The notes under the pieces are model-generated. The model saw only the letters and a program-made list of their open reading frames with translations. It was not told the DNA's origin and ran no database searches. 64,000 bases of DNA from Mytilus trossulus (lineage: Eukaryota). The stretch is from assembly GCF_036588685.1 (NCBI RefSeq), contig NC_086373.1, positions 51,522,001 through 51,586,000 on the forward strand. The letters are read 5' to 3'. Positions 26,856-40,853 of the stretch are shown here, one piece after another. Position 1 is the stretch's first letter; the number at the start of each line of letters is the position of its first letter. The position numbers and the translations under genes were made by a program.

Positions 26856-27632
26856 GTCTGTTATGGCATATTTAAGTAACATTAATAAATACATTTGTTT
26901 GTATTAGTACCCCAATCAAACTGTGTTGTAGTGATGACTACGATTGATAACCAGACATGTACATATAAGACGACGCTTGTGGAGTGTTTAAAATCGTGAA
27001 GAATATGTGAAACTACAACGATTTTTTTTTCAATTTTCAACTGTCTGCTTTAACTTGTCCCCTCATGTTCATTGGTTCGGTGTAGCTTGGTTGTAATGTT
27101 TGCGGCGTACCAGACTAATAATCAGATAAAAAAGAATGTATGCCCAATTAGCACAAACCGACACATATAGACTAATGTTATTGAAACATAGTAAGCAAGA
27201 ACACGTTTAATGCACGAAATTAAGTTTATACAATTATAAAAAAAAAAAAAAAAACAGCTCATAAAAAAGTTCACACATATAAAAATAGGCAGGACCATGC
27301 GCATGTGCAGTCAAATTGAAGTCTTTTATACTGAATTTAGAAATATTCCTTTATTTTGTTGTGTCAACATTTGAAATAATCGGCTTATTGAAACATTTGA
27401 ATTAAAACAGTTAGCCACAAGGCTAATGTCAATAACGACTTGTACTTGATATTAATGTTTGTCAGTTATATTAGTGTAAGATTAAAATTAATCTTTCTTA
27501 CTATGAAATGTCATTGTGACATAATTTTACATATATCATTCTTAAATATGTATCAAAACTTACCAAAATTATTAATCTACAATATATATAGTATAGTATT
27601 TGTGGTCCGTTTGTTTCCATTCAAACACTTAA
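26856..27632. repeat. Right copy of ~778-bp direct duplication
   Basis: Matches 17118-17895, ends at the same CACTTAA and continues into normal intergenic sequence (AGGGATGCGATAG, as at ~700 and similarly ~33765). Confidence 0.92.
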
Positions 27633-28155
27633 AGGGATGCGATAGATATTATAGAGGACATTAAAACACAAAAGAAGAACAGAAATGGGAGACAAAAGAG
27701 AAAAGCGTGTCTATTTTGTAGTTAAACTGATTAACTGATAAAACCCCGTTGTCTAAATTCCCTTAGGGTTTGAACTTTTGGTATACATGTATATTGGCGA
27801 GTTATTTACGCGAGTGACGAAGTTAATTTTTTTTTAAAAGTCATATTTAGGTTTTTGATACTTAGCTTTATTAGAAAAACTCCCGTATAAATTTATGTTA
27901 GGTATCAGTATCAGATCTTCAACTGATTCAACCATTTTAAATTCAACTATTATTCTCATGGCCAATATTATTAACAAACAGATAGCGGCTCGTACAAATT
28001 TCAGTGTAGGATCGATATTTTAATAATTCCTATTATCAAATATCACTTTGACATAATTTAACATAACTAATTCTTAAATATGTATATGGCATTGTGCCAG
28101 AAAGTATAAAAATAATAATATTTTGATGTTTGCAATACAGCACCTTACATAAACC

Positions 28156-28833
28156 GTGTGCAAAATTCCGGTTCAATCTAAGTACTATGTCATGACACAG
28201 TAACATATGGATTTTGACATGAGGCTCTCGAGAAGGGTTTATATGTTGTTCGACATACATTGTGTTTATAAAATGTAAACATACATTAAGAATTAAGTAC
28301 AAATAAAATGTAGAATGATGTAATTCGATATTTTTTTTTATAGTTATTTAAACTAAGTCGTTGTTAAGTTCAGCTAGACATAAATATTGATTATGACATA
28401 TGACGTAGTATACACTATGTCGGCCTTCAGATGACATAGTTTTGCACACGAAATGTATTCATATAATATAGATATCGACATACAAGGCAAAACATCACGT
28501 GACATAAACCGTGTGCAAAATTCTGGATCAATGTAATTACTATGTTATGACGTAGTAAAATATGAATATTGACATGAGTCTCTCGGGAAGGGTTTATATG
28601 TTGTTCAACATACATTGTGGTTATTAAATGTAAATATGCATTAAGAAAAAAAGTACAAATAAAATATAGAATGATGTTAGTCGATCATATGTTTTTTCAC
28701 TAATTTAAGCCTAGTCTCTGTTAAGTAAAGCTAAACTAAAAATGATGATAATGACATACGACATAATATGCACTATGTTGAACCTCAAATAAAATAGTTT
28801 TGCACACGAAATTTTCACAGATTGTTATATAAA
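28156..28833 (+). promoter_or_regulatory. MT gene 2 promoter: 4 MREs + TATA
   Basis: TGCACAC at 28156(-), 28443(+), 28511(-), 28801(+); TATATAAA at 28826. Confidence 0.88.
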
Positions 28834-28904
28834 ATGGGAATACTACTAGAATACAACCATTCTATTTTATATCATTTATAAGCAGAACAACTTCTACGAA
28901 TAAA

Positions 28905-31128
28905 ATGGCTGGACCTTGTAACTGCATTGCAAGTAAGTAGATTACATAATAGTTTACAATATTTTATAGAAATTTTACATGACATATAATATTTGGTGAT
29001 TATTGAAAACAGATACTATATGTATCTGGTGTTTAACAAAAGGTTAACCATATAATTTAGGTTATTATTGATAAATCAAACATTTATTCAAAATTGGTGC
29101 TTTAATTACTGCCGGGTAGAGGGGATATTGATAATCCAGGATTAAGAAATTTTTTGTTATTAGTATGAAATGTGAGTATTATCCATTAGAAGTTCACTTT
29201 TTTTTTTATTGATTTTGTCCTCTGTTTCGCCTTCCTCACTTATTAGTTACTGATAAACATAATCGAAACTTTTCATTATTCATGGGGAGGCCAGAATGGT
29301 TATTAAGGACTGTTTCCCATTGTCTTACCAGGGTAGAATATTCATTTTCAAAAGTACTTGGCTCCTTCCGAAAATCAAATGATCGTTCAACTTACCTGGA
29401 TTTTCTTTAATTATTTGCGTGCAATTATCGTTATCTTGAATATCAAGGTACTGCTCAGGCCCGTAGCCAGGAATTTCCAAAGGGGGGGGGGGGGGGGCGT
29501 CGATGGACTCATAAACTCGACTTTAACAGTCACAATTCGAACAGAACATTGACTTTAACAGTGCTTATTTGTTTTCAAGGGGGGTCTTCCCCCTGGCTAC
29601 GGGTATGATGCTAAAGATAATCGAATGTTTGCCATTTATGTAATTTAAGTGAAAGTTTAAAGAATGATTGTGAGTCCCTGAAATCACTTACATTGTTATT
29701 TTTTTTTATGTGTAGCAAACGTGTGTATCTGTGGAACCGGATGCAGCGAGAAATGTTGTCGATGTGGAGACGCCTGTAAATGTGCAAGTGGATGCGGATG
29801 TTCCGGATGTGCAGTTGTTTGCAGATGTCCAGGTTTGTTCCTATTTACAACTTTTTTGTAAACATGGTAAATGTAGATAGCCATTTTATTTACATAAAAT
29901 TGAATTTTAACATGAAAATTAAATAAGAAGATGTCGTACGTCGTGATACGTGTGTGTTACAATGGATACAGTATTTGGCCGTATTATAATTTTGATTTGT
30001 TTGCATTTTTTGTACCTATGATATTGTTTCGAAATCGTCCTGATACAAAATATATTTCATTACTTTTGCAAATGTCCTGATTAAGGAAAAAGTGTTGGAA
30101 AGGTTTGAAATATGGGCGTGGGGTGGTCAGGGGCGGATCCAGCTATTTCAAAAAGGGGGGTTTTAACTAAGGACAAAGGGGAGGGGGAGGGTTCCAATTA
30201 CATATCCCCATTTAAATGCATTGATCGTTCAAAAAAAATGGGGGGGGGGGGCAACCCCTGGATCCGCGCCTGGGGGTGGGGTTGTTTTGTTATTGAAAAA
30301 AGTCTATTTTGAATTTCCTTAACTAAAAATCGTTTCAGAAGGAAATATTAAGAAATAACTTGCTGTATGTTTTTCTCAAATTAATTTAGCCTCTTTTTTT
30401 CTTAATTCAAATCAATACATATGTTCATTTATTTGTATAAAATATACAATGACTCCAACAAAAGATGAAGTATCGGTGTTAAAGATTTTATTATGTACTA
30501 AGTTCTTAAAACTGTCCTTATACACGAACTTAAAATTTGATGCGATTGTACAGCAACACATTCAGCAAAAGCATCGGAAGAAGATTTGTCTTCTATAGTT
30601 TGTGCATAGAAGTATCGTGTTAGAATTTAACAGTTTTGACCTACTTATCAACATAACGTGATGCCGTATGACCAATTACATAAAACTCCTACAGCCAACA
30701 AATGACACGGAGGCTAGGTTAACAATGAGCAAAACCAATACCGTATAGCATCTAAGGTATAAAAAACCTTGAAATCACAATAGAAAAATAAATTCAGACT
30801 AGAAAACTAACGGCCTGATTTTTGCACAGCACAATAAACAGCATGATTCGCCGTGGTACACCAATAAAATGATTGCGTTAAATAAGTTCGTGCGATATTT
30901 ATATATATATAAGGTATGTGGACCAAATTACTTTTTCATAGGAGTTTAATGTGAAATTTGCACAAACATAATTCTTCTTTTAAAAAAATATGAATACTTT
31001 TGGAGATATCATGTTGGATGTCTATATTCATATTGATATATATCATTTTTTTAGGTACCTGTGTGTGTGGATGCGATTGCACTGGTCCGACAAACTGCAA
31101 CTGTAAACCTGGGTGCTCCTGCAATTGA
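28905..31128 (+). CDS. MT20: Metallothionein MT20-type, gene 2 (72 aa, 23 Cys)
   Basis: Exons 28905-28932, 29716-29832, 31055-31128. [72 protein letters not shown]. Confidence 0.95.
29456..29607. mobile_element. 152-bp MITE in intron 1 of MT gene 2
   Basis: TIR CAGGCCCGTAGCCAGG / CCTGGCTACGGGTATG; flanks CTGCT/ATGCT; absent from the same site in genes 1 and 3 (GGTACTGCTAAAGATAATC). Confidence 0.8.
30128..30272. mobile_element. 145-bp MITE (hAT-like) in intron 2 of MT gene 2
   Basis: TIR CAGGGGCGGATCCAG / CTGGATCCGCGCCTG; 8-bp flanks GGGGTGGT/GGGGTGGG; absent in genes 1 (~14495) and 3 (~36710). Confidence 0.8.
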
Positions 31129-34100
31129 AACAAAGATAACAACAACGTTAACGTGCATAATGTTTTCATTCTTATTCTAGTCATTCCTATCATGCATAAG
31201 TAATTCGTTATATTCACTAGTATCAAATACACATTTTTTATAAATCTTATTTATTGAAATTATTTATTTTGTATTTAAAATGTTTTTAGTCCATAAATGT
31301 CAATTCAATTTAATAAATGATTGTCGTTTTAAAAGTTTTTGTTTTTCAGTACAGGAATCTGGTAATCCCATACATGCAAACGACATTTGTAGTAATCACA
31401 TAACTGATGAGAACAACACAGGAAAGTTCTCAAGACATAGAAAGAAACGATTTCATCTACTTGCTATACACATTAAATCTAAACATTTCATTTAAACTCG
31501 TCCATCAAACCAATTGATTAGGGTACATAATGCATGCAGCCATGGCCATGGTACAGCAACGAGTAGACACCGGAGCTGTATCAGTTTGTCGTCAAAAAGT
31601 CGAACTGCTTCGATTAATTCTCATAGAAAAGGACGAAAGATACCAGAGATAACAGCCAACAAATAGATTAAAATTAAATTTAAAACAAGTTACAGGTAGA
31701 AAAATTCAGGGTAAGAATTCATAGAACAAAAAAGGGGCAGTGGCAAATATTTCATGTAAATAACCTTCTTTTTCTTATTTTTGCCTTCGGATTTGTTTTG
31801 AAATGTAGTTTCGCTTTCCATATTCGGTATCTATTCTGATGTAAGCTCCACGTGGTAAAAATCACGTTTCGCGTTGAAAATAGAGAGCACCAAAAAAGGG
31901 GGTGTTCCACAGGCACAGGGAATATTTTTATCTTATGAACTCTACATTTGAAAGGATTTTTATGAATTTTATTTAATTAAAAGAGAAAACGAATGTAAAA
32001 CAAATTGTGAATGGCCTATCTGCCTTTCTCCCGGCCATGGCTAAAAAAAGAGGAAAAACAGACAAATAATAGTACACAAAACACACCACAAAAAACGAAA
32101 GACTACGCAACATTAACACCACCAATAACCTGGGGTTATCTCAGATGCTCCGGATGGTTTAGCAGATCCTTATCCACATGTGGCACTTATGTTATTTAGG
32201 AGTAGTAAACTCTTCGTGGGTGCATGTGGTCATTGTAACATCCCCAGGCTTCGTTAAGCATTGCTCTAAACCCCAATTAAAACAAAAAACTTGAAAGTTG
32301 ATATTTGTTGGCCACATCAAGCACGCACCTTTCAGAAGTACGCATACTCCTATTCAATTACTAGTATTATGTCAATGTTCAGCTGAATAATATATCATAC
32401 AATTTTAGCCGCTTGACGTCCAGCTGATATCAATCAATCAAAATTACACTACTCACACGAAGGAATTTTCATTCCTCAATCGAAGTAGTTCTCTGGATCA
32501 AGGAGTTGCAAGGTGTGTGTGTAATGTGTGTAGGTGTGCGATTAGTTCTAATTACTGTCATGACTAGACCAGACGTGTCTCACCACAAAAAATATCGCCT
32601 CTTCATTAAAGTATAATTATTCCTTTTACTCTAGTTTTTCCGTCTTTTATGTTTGTTTGTGTTTGTGATTTGTAAATGTTGCACCTTGGGAAACAGATGT
32701 CTCACTGATCCTCTTTTTAGGTCTCAATGGAAGCTGCGTGTTGCAACTGAATAATTTAATGAAATATTGTAAGTTGTCTTCATTCGGAACATCTTAATTA
32801 AATGTTTGAGGGACGCCATTTCTGATGACACATAGTAGTTAGTGACAGAAACTACACTCGAGTGATACATAGAAAGAGGATTTGTTATTTTAGTCTTTTC
32901 ATCACCTGTGAAATACAGGTATTCATCAATTGAAAATATGTTATGGGTACTTAAAAAATTGTCATACCCTAGTCTGTTAAAGCATAGTTAAGTAACATTA
33001 ATAAATACATTTGTTTGTACTGATATCCCAATCAAACTGTATTGTTGTGATGACTACTAGTGTAAAACCAGACATGCACATACAAGGCGACGCTTTTGGA
33101 GTGTTTAAATCATGAAGATGAATGTGGAACTTCAACGAAATTTTTTTTTCAATTCTCAACCGTTTGCTTAAACTGGTACCCTCATGTTCATTGGTTCGGT
33201 GTATCTTGGTTGTTATGTTTGTGGCGTACCAGACTAATAATCAGATTAAAAAAGAATGTATGCCCAATTGGCACAAACCTACACATATAAACTTCTGTTA
33301 TTGAAACATAGTAAGCAAGAACACGTTTAATGCACGAAATTAAGTTTATACAATTATATAAAAAAAAATAACATCACAAAAAAAAATCAACCCATATAGA
33401 AATAGGGAGGACCATGCGCATTTGCAGTCATATTAAAGTCTTTGATACTGAAATTAGAAATATTCCTTAAATATTTGATGTCAACAATTGAAATCATCGG
33501 CTTATTGAAAATTTGAATTAAAACAGTTAGCCACAAGGCTAATGTCAATACCGAAAAGAGATTACAACTTGTACTTGATATTAATGTTTGTCAGTTATAT
33601 TAGTGTAAGATTGAAGTTAATCTTTCTTACTTAAAAATGTCATTGTGACAAAGTTTTACATATCTAATTCATAAATATGTATGAAAACTTACCAAAAAGT
33701 ATTAATCTACAATATATATAGTATAGTATTTATGGTCAGTTTGTTTCCATTCAAACACTTAAACAGATGCGATAGTTATCATAGAGGACATTAAAACACG
33801 AAAGAAGAACATAAATGGAAGACAAAAGAGAAAAGCGTGTCCTTTTTCTAGTTAAACTGATTAACTGCGCCTAATTCAAAGTCATCACTCGAAAATAAGA
33901 CAAAGAACTGATAAAAACCCGTTCTCTAAATTCCCTCGGGTTTTGAACTTTTGGTATACATGTATATTGGCGAGTTATTTACGCGAGTGACGAAGTTATT
34001 CTTTTTTAAAGTCATATTTGAGTTTTTGACACTAAACTTAATTAGAAATACTCTCGTATAAATTTATGTTAGGTATCAGTATCAGATCTTCAACGGATTC

Positions 34101-34326
34101 AACCATTTTATATTAGACTATTATTCTCATGCCCAATATTATCAACGAACAGATAGCGGCTGTTACATTTTTCAGTGGAGGATCGATATTTTAATCATTC
34201 CTAATATCAAGTATGACTTTGACATAATTTTACATAGCTAATTTATAAATATGTATATGGCAACGTGTCAGAAAGTATAAAAATAATAATATTTTGATGT
34301 TTGCAAAACATCACCTGACATAAACC

Positions 34327-35036
34327 GTGTGCAAAATTCCGGTTCAATCTAATTACTTTGTCATGATGGTTTTTGACATGAGGTTCTCGAACGAGGTTTA
34401 TATGTTGTTCGACATACATTGTGTTTATAAAATGTAAACATACATTAAGAATTTTAAAGTACAAATAAAATGTAGAATGATGTCATTCGATAATATATTT
34501 TATAGTAATTTAAACTAAGTCGTTGTTAAGTTAAGCTAGACAGAAATATTGATTATGACATATGACGTAGTATACACTATGTCGGTCCTCAGATGACATA
34601 GTTTTGCACACGAAATGTTTTCATATAATATAGATATCGGCATACAAGGCAAAAAATCATGTGACATAAACCGTGTGCAAAATTCTTGAACATTGAATTA
34701 CTATGTTATGACGCAGTAAAATATGGATATTGACATGAGGCTCTCGGGAAGGGTTTATATGTTGTTCAACATACATTGTGGTTATTAAATGTAAATATGC
34801 CTTAAGAAAAAAAGTACAAATAAAATAAAGAATGATGTTAGTCGATCATATGTTTTTCACAAATTTATGCCTAGTCTCTGTTAAGTTAAGCTAGACTAAA
34901 AATAACGATAATGACATACGACATAGCATGCACTATGTTGAACCTCAGATGACATAGTTTTGCACACGACATTTTCTATGTTGAACCTCAGATGACATAG
35001 TTTTGCACACGAAATTTTCTCAGATTGTTATATAAA
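34327..35036 (+). promoter_or_regulatory. MT gene 3 promoter: 5 MREs + TATA
   Basis: TGCACAC at 34327(-), 34605(+), 34673(-), 34961(+), 35004(+); TATATAAA at 35029. Confidence 0.88.
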
Positions 35037-35105
35037 AATGGGCATACTACTAGAATACAACCATTCTATTTTATATCATTAAGCAGACAAACCTGAACGA
35101 ATAAA

Positions 35106-37286
35106 ATGGCTGGCCCTTGTAACTGCATTGCAAGTAAGTACTTAACATATATAAAAGTATTTAATAGAAATTTTACATGACATACAATATTTGGTAATAA
35201 TTGAAACAAACAGATACTATGTATCTTGTGTCTAACAAGATGTTAAACAGTAAATTTTAGATAATTGAAAAATCAAAGATTTTTTTCAAAATTGGTGCTA
35301 TAATAACTGCCGGGTAGAGCTATTGATTGATGTTTTTGTTTTTATAAACCAGGATAGAGAAACATTTTGTTATCCATATGAAATGTGAGATAAGTATTAT
35401 GCATAAGTTGTACACTCTTCTATTTATTTTGTCCTCCGTTCCCTCCCCTGTTACATGCCTGTCTCACTTAGTAGTTACTGATAAGCATAAGGAACAACAT
35501 TTCATTATCCATGGGTAGGGCAGACGGGTTATTAAGGACTGAATATCCATTTTAAATGTTGCTATCCACACTAAGTGTTTCCCATTGTCTTACCAGGGTA
35601 GAATATTCATTTTCAAAATGCTCCTAGCTGGCTCATTCCGAAAATCAAATGATCGTTCAACTTATATGGGTTTTGTTGATTACTAGCATGCAGTTATTGT
35701 ACTCTTGAATATCAAGGTACTGCTAAAGATAATCCAATATTTGCAATTATATGGTCATTTTTATGAATTTTCTGTTTACAAAACTTTGAATTTTTCGAAA
35801 AACTAAGGATTTTCTTACCCCAGGAGTAGATTACCTTAGCTGTATTTGGCACAACTTTTTGGAATTTTGGGTCCTCAATGCTCTTCAACTTTGTATTTGT
35901 TTTGCTTTTTAACTATTTTGATCTGAGCGTCACTGATGAGTCTTATGTAGACGAAACTCGCGTCTGGCGTATAAAATTATAATCCTGGTACTTTTGATAA
36001 CTATTTGCCATTTATGTAATTTAAGTGCAAGTTTAAAGAATGATTGTACATGTGAGTCCCTGAAATCACTAATATTGTTGTTTATTTTATGTGTAGCAAA
36101 CGTGTGTATCTGTGGTACAGGATGCAGCGAGAAATGTTGTCGATGTGGAGACGTCTGCAAATGTGCAGGACTTAGTGGATGCGCATGTTCCGGATGTACA
36201 GTTGTTTGCAGATGTTCAGGTTTGTTCATATTTACAACTTTTTAGTAGATATCTATTTTATTTACATAATTTAATTTTATACATACAAATATAATAAGAA
36301 GATGTGATATGTCTTGTTCTTCGAAATAAAAGTACACATTCAACTGATTCAGTGTTGATACGCCATAAACAATCTGTAAAAGGCACGACCTTGGCCAATT
36401 CCTTAAAATCACCAAAACGTATATACATGTATATAGCAACTTACAATTCATCATGTTGATATTTTACAAAGACAATAGTAGTTTCAGTTTTTCCCCTTTT
36501 GCAGAAACAGTTACTGCTTTAAAATTTATACATATGTGTAAAAAAATCCGAATGGATAAAGTATTTGACTGTATTATAATTTTCATTTGTTCGCATCTGT
36601 TTGTACCTATGAAATTGTTTCGAAAATGTCCTGATACAAAATATAATTTATCACTTTTGCAAATGTCCTGATTAAGGAAAAAGTGTTTGAAAGGTTGGAG
36701 ATGGGGTCGTGGGGTGGGGTCCGTGTGTTATTGTATGTATTCGTTTAATTTGTTTAGCTTCTTTACTCTTTTCTAAATTAAAATCAAAACACATGTTCAT
36801 TTATTCGAAAAATATATTCAATGTTCCCAACAAAATATAAAATATCGGTGATTAAGATTTTATTATGGACTTTAAACTGTCCTTACACATGAAACTAAAA
36901 TTTGATCCAATCACATAAAAACATTCAGATCCAAACAACATTTGTTTGCTATAGTTTATGCATAGAAGTCCCGTGTTTCAACACAATAAGATGCCCAATG
37001 ATCAATTACATAAATCTCAAACAGCGAACAAATGACATGGAGACTAGGTCGACAATGAGCAAAACCGATACCGTATATAGCAAGGTATAAAATGAGATGA
37101 TTGCGTTTAGTAAGTTTGTGCGATATTTAGTTTTATATATACGATATGCGGACCTAACGGAGATTTAATTTGAATGTCTATATTCATATTAATGATACTT
37201 ATCATATTTTAGGTACCTGTGATTGTGGATGTGATTGCACTGGTCCGACAAACTGCAACTGTGAATCTGGGTGCTCATGCAATTGA
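35106..37286 (+). CDS. MT20: Metallothionein MT20-type, gene 3 (74 aa, 23 Cys)
   Basis: Exons 35106-35133, 36097-36219, 37213-37286. [74 protein letters not shown]. Confidence 0.95.
35745..36001 (+). mobile_element. Retrozyme / Penelope-pLTR-like insertion (257 bp) in intron 1 of MT gene 3
   Basis: Flanked by direct repeat TATTTGC (35738-35744, 36002-36008); absent at the same site in genes 1 and 2; carries a hammerhead motif. Confidence 0.75.
35926..35970 (+). ncRNA. Minimal type I hammerhead ribozyme motif
   Basis: GCGTCA-CTGATGA-GTC TTATGTA GAC-GAAA-CTCGCG-TC-TGGCGT: intact core boxes CUGAUGA (35933-35939) and GAAA (35953-35956), 3-bp stem II, 6-bp stem I, GUC cleavage triplet ending at 35964, very short stem III. 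Confidence 0.8.
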
Positions 37287-39939
37287 AACAAAGATAGTCA
37301 CAACGTTAACGTACATAATCTATTCAGTCTTCGTCTAGTCATTCATATCATTCATCCGTACATCCAATTGGTTATATTCACTAATATCAAAAACACAACT
37401 TTTATTATTTTATCTTTTTTGTTGAAAATATTTATTTTGTATCAAAAATGTTTTGAGTCCATAAATGTCAATTAAATGATTGTCGTTTTGCAGCTATTGT
37501 TTCTCAGTACAAGATTATTTGTTAATCATAAACATGTACAACATATTTGTGGGAATCATATAATTCAGGTAAACACCGCAGGAATGTTCTCCAGACATAG
37601 AAGGAAAAAAATCATCTTCTTGCTATACACATTAAACCTTAACATTACATTTTAACTCATTCATCAAACCAATCTGATTGACGTATAGAGAATGTACGTC
37701 AACAATCAGAATAGCTACGCGTGGACACCGAAACTGTATTTCCACCAGATAGTCATCAAATTGTCAAACTGCTTCAATTGTTTCTAGTAGAAGAAGGGCG
37801 AAAAATACCAGAGGAACACCCAAACTCATAGATTGAAAATAGGCCGACAACGCCATGGCTAACGAATAAAAAAGACTAAAAGATAAATATAAGTACACAA
37901 GACACACAATGGAAAACGAAAGATAAAGCAATACGAACCCCACCAAAAACCGGGGAACATGTAAGGTGTTCTGGAAGGGTATGCATATCCTAATCTACAT
38001 GTGGCACTTATGTTATTTAGATCTTAGCGGATGCATGTGGTCATTTTTTCAACCCCAAGCTAGGTCACGCCTTGCGCGATCCCTAGTTCAAACAAAAGAC
38101 TTGAAATTTGGCACACCAAGCACGCACCATTCAGAAATACACATACTCCTATTCAATTAGTAATATTATGTCAATGCCCAGCTGAAAATCATCCAATATA
38201 AGCCATCGACGTCCAGCTGATATCAATCAATCAAATTTACACCACTCACACGAAGGAATTTCCATTTCCCAATCGAAGTAGTTCTCTAGATCTGGATTCA
38301 GTAATTGGAATGTGTGTGTGTGTGTGCGACTAGTTCTGATTACTTTCAGGAATTGTACTCTAGTTTTCCCGTCTTTTATGTTTGTTTGTGCATTTGATTT
38401 TGTAAATGTAAACCTGGGGAAAACATATATCTCGCTGACCTTCTTTTTAGGTCTCAATGCAAGCTTCGATCGTGTTGCTACTGAACAATTTCATGAAATA
38501 TTGTAAGTTGTCCTGCGTCAGATTTTCACGTTCTAAAACTAGTGGACACTTTGATATCTCATTTTAAATATCTCAATTACAATTAAGTAGAACACCAATT
38601 CTGCTGACACATAGGGGAAAATACCTTTAAGTGAAATATGTGAAGAGGCCTTTTTTCTTTACCTGTCACATATATTACAGGTGTTCATTAATTATAAATA
38701 TGTAACTGGTACATCTAAGATATATTTGACTCTAGTTTTCATTTTATAATTATTTAAGTAGCATAAATAAATACTAGTACCCCATTCAAACTATATGGTT
38801 GTGATGACTAAGAGTGTATATCGAGGCAGTAAACCATAAATGGTGACGCTTTTTGGTCGTTTAAATAGTGTAGAAGAATGTGCAATTAAAACAACCATTT
38901 GTTTTTCAATTTTCGACTGTATCCTGCTTGTCACATTTAAAACTTGTCCCCTCATGTTCATTGGGTCGGTGTAGCTTGGTTGTTATGTTTGTGGCTTACC
39001 AGACTATTAATCCGATTAAAAAAAATGTATGCCCTATTAGCACAAAACGACACATATAAACTTCTGTTATTGAAACATTGTATTAATAAGAGCCAGAACA
39101 CAATTTATTTGTGAAATTGATAAAATATCAATACAACAAATAAACACGATAAAAGCACGAAATAATCAACTGTCATAGAAATATAAAGAAAAAGTGGGAA
39201 ATTTCCATAGCGTATGTGTAGTGATATTAAAGTTTTTGATACTGAAATTAGGAACAGGCCTTTGTAATTTGATGTCAACAATATATTCTTCGACTAACTT
39301 AAACATTTAAATTGAAACAATGAGTCACAGGGCCATTATAATTACCGAAAACAGTGTAAGGTGGATATTAATCTTTCTTGCTATGAAATGTCATTGTGAC
39401 ATAGTTTTATGTATCTCATTCATAAATTTATATGGAAACTTGTTATGAAAGTATACATCTACATAGATGTAATACACGTACTAATGGTAAGTTTTTCATT
39501 CAAACACTTGCAAATTATATACATGGACATATTAAAAGCAATGTTTTGCAATCTTAAATTGTTGGGTATTAATCTTGTTACTGGTAATTGAAATTGTTGT
39601 TTCATTTATATATCATAGTCCAATGTGGACAACGTATAATTAAAAAAAAAGTAATATTTTGTTCTTCATTTATCCGTTATTTATGCCATCAAACTGTTAA
39701 AATAGTTATCAAAGGTAACAGGATTATAATTAAGAAGAGTGAGGACATTACTTGCAAAACAAAGTTTGGTAATTTGTGATTGCAATTTGACTCGTGCAAG
39801 TTAAAATGAGGATTTAGTCAAGTTGAAAAAGGACCAACATCATTACGTCTGAAGATGTTAACTTGACATAGTTACAGATCCATAGTTTTAACATTTAGTT
39901 GTCCATATTTGAGAGAGAAGTGGAATATTTGTTTATGAA

Positions 39940-40110
39940 TAAACTCATCATAGATATCAAGACTAAACTTTGCATATACGTTAGACGCGCGTTTCGTCAA
40001 CATTAAACTCGTCATACAGATACCAGGACTAAATTTAAAAGACTCATAAGATACGCTCGAATCCAAAAATGTTAAAAAGTCCAAATAAAGTACGAAGTTG
40101 AAGAGCATAA
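39940..40110 (-). repeat. Degenerate copy of the hammerhead-bearing repeat
   Basis: Minus strand reads ...ATGACGAGTTTAATGTTGACGAAACGCGCGTCTAACG (39978-40015) and shares TGCTCTTCAACTT with the 35745 element; the CUGAUGA box is mutated. Confidence 0.55.
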
Positions 40111-40853
40111 ATTTATCGCATACATTTATATCCCAGTTTTCAGTCATGATCACAAAATTGGAAATTATTGATCGAATTACACGCAATCCCCTTGTGCTGC
40201 TCAAGATGATATTACATGCACTTCCGTACGCACAAAAATGACATGCGCATTCAAATATTTTACCTTAGTTTTAACTATATAGAAACTAGGTATATCCTGA
40301 ATCGCACATGTATCAGCTTTCTACATGCCAAATTTCAAATGCACTTTTTTTTGTACGAGTAGGCCTACTTTCACATACGTTCTAAATTTGAGGCAGTAAT
40401 TGGTGGCATGACACCTAAAGCCACTCCGATTTGATTAGCGTCACGTTTACTTCTCTTGAGTTAAGTCCCTAAAAATTTACAGATCGAGAAACTGTCGAAT
40501 TTTTTGTTTCCGTTCTCCTACTCAAGTTGTTTTCTCGCTTTCTAAATCAAGTTATATGTTCTATTATAATTTTTTATGGAAGCTTAGGCATCATTTCTGT
40601 CCCATGAACACATTACACATTTATTTTTAGATATTTGACCTAAAGATTTCAAACCATAAATCATCATTATAGATAACCGCGTGCTTTTGTGAAAATAACT
40701 ATTTATACTTTTATATAAATGTATTACAAAAATATGTGTTCACTTATATTAAGAGAAGAAATGCAAACTATTTCTGCTGTGAAGCTGATTTTTCTATTAC
40801 ATAATTAGTTAGGAGCAACTCAAAACTAACAAAGAAAGCTAAAAAACTAACGA

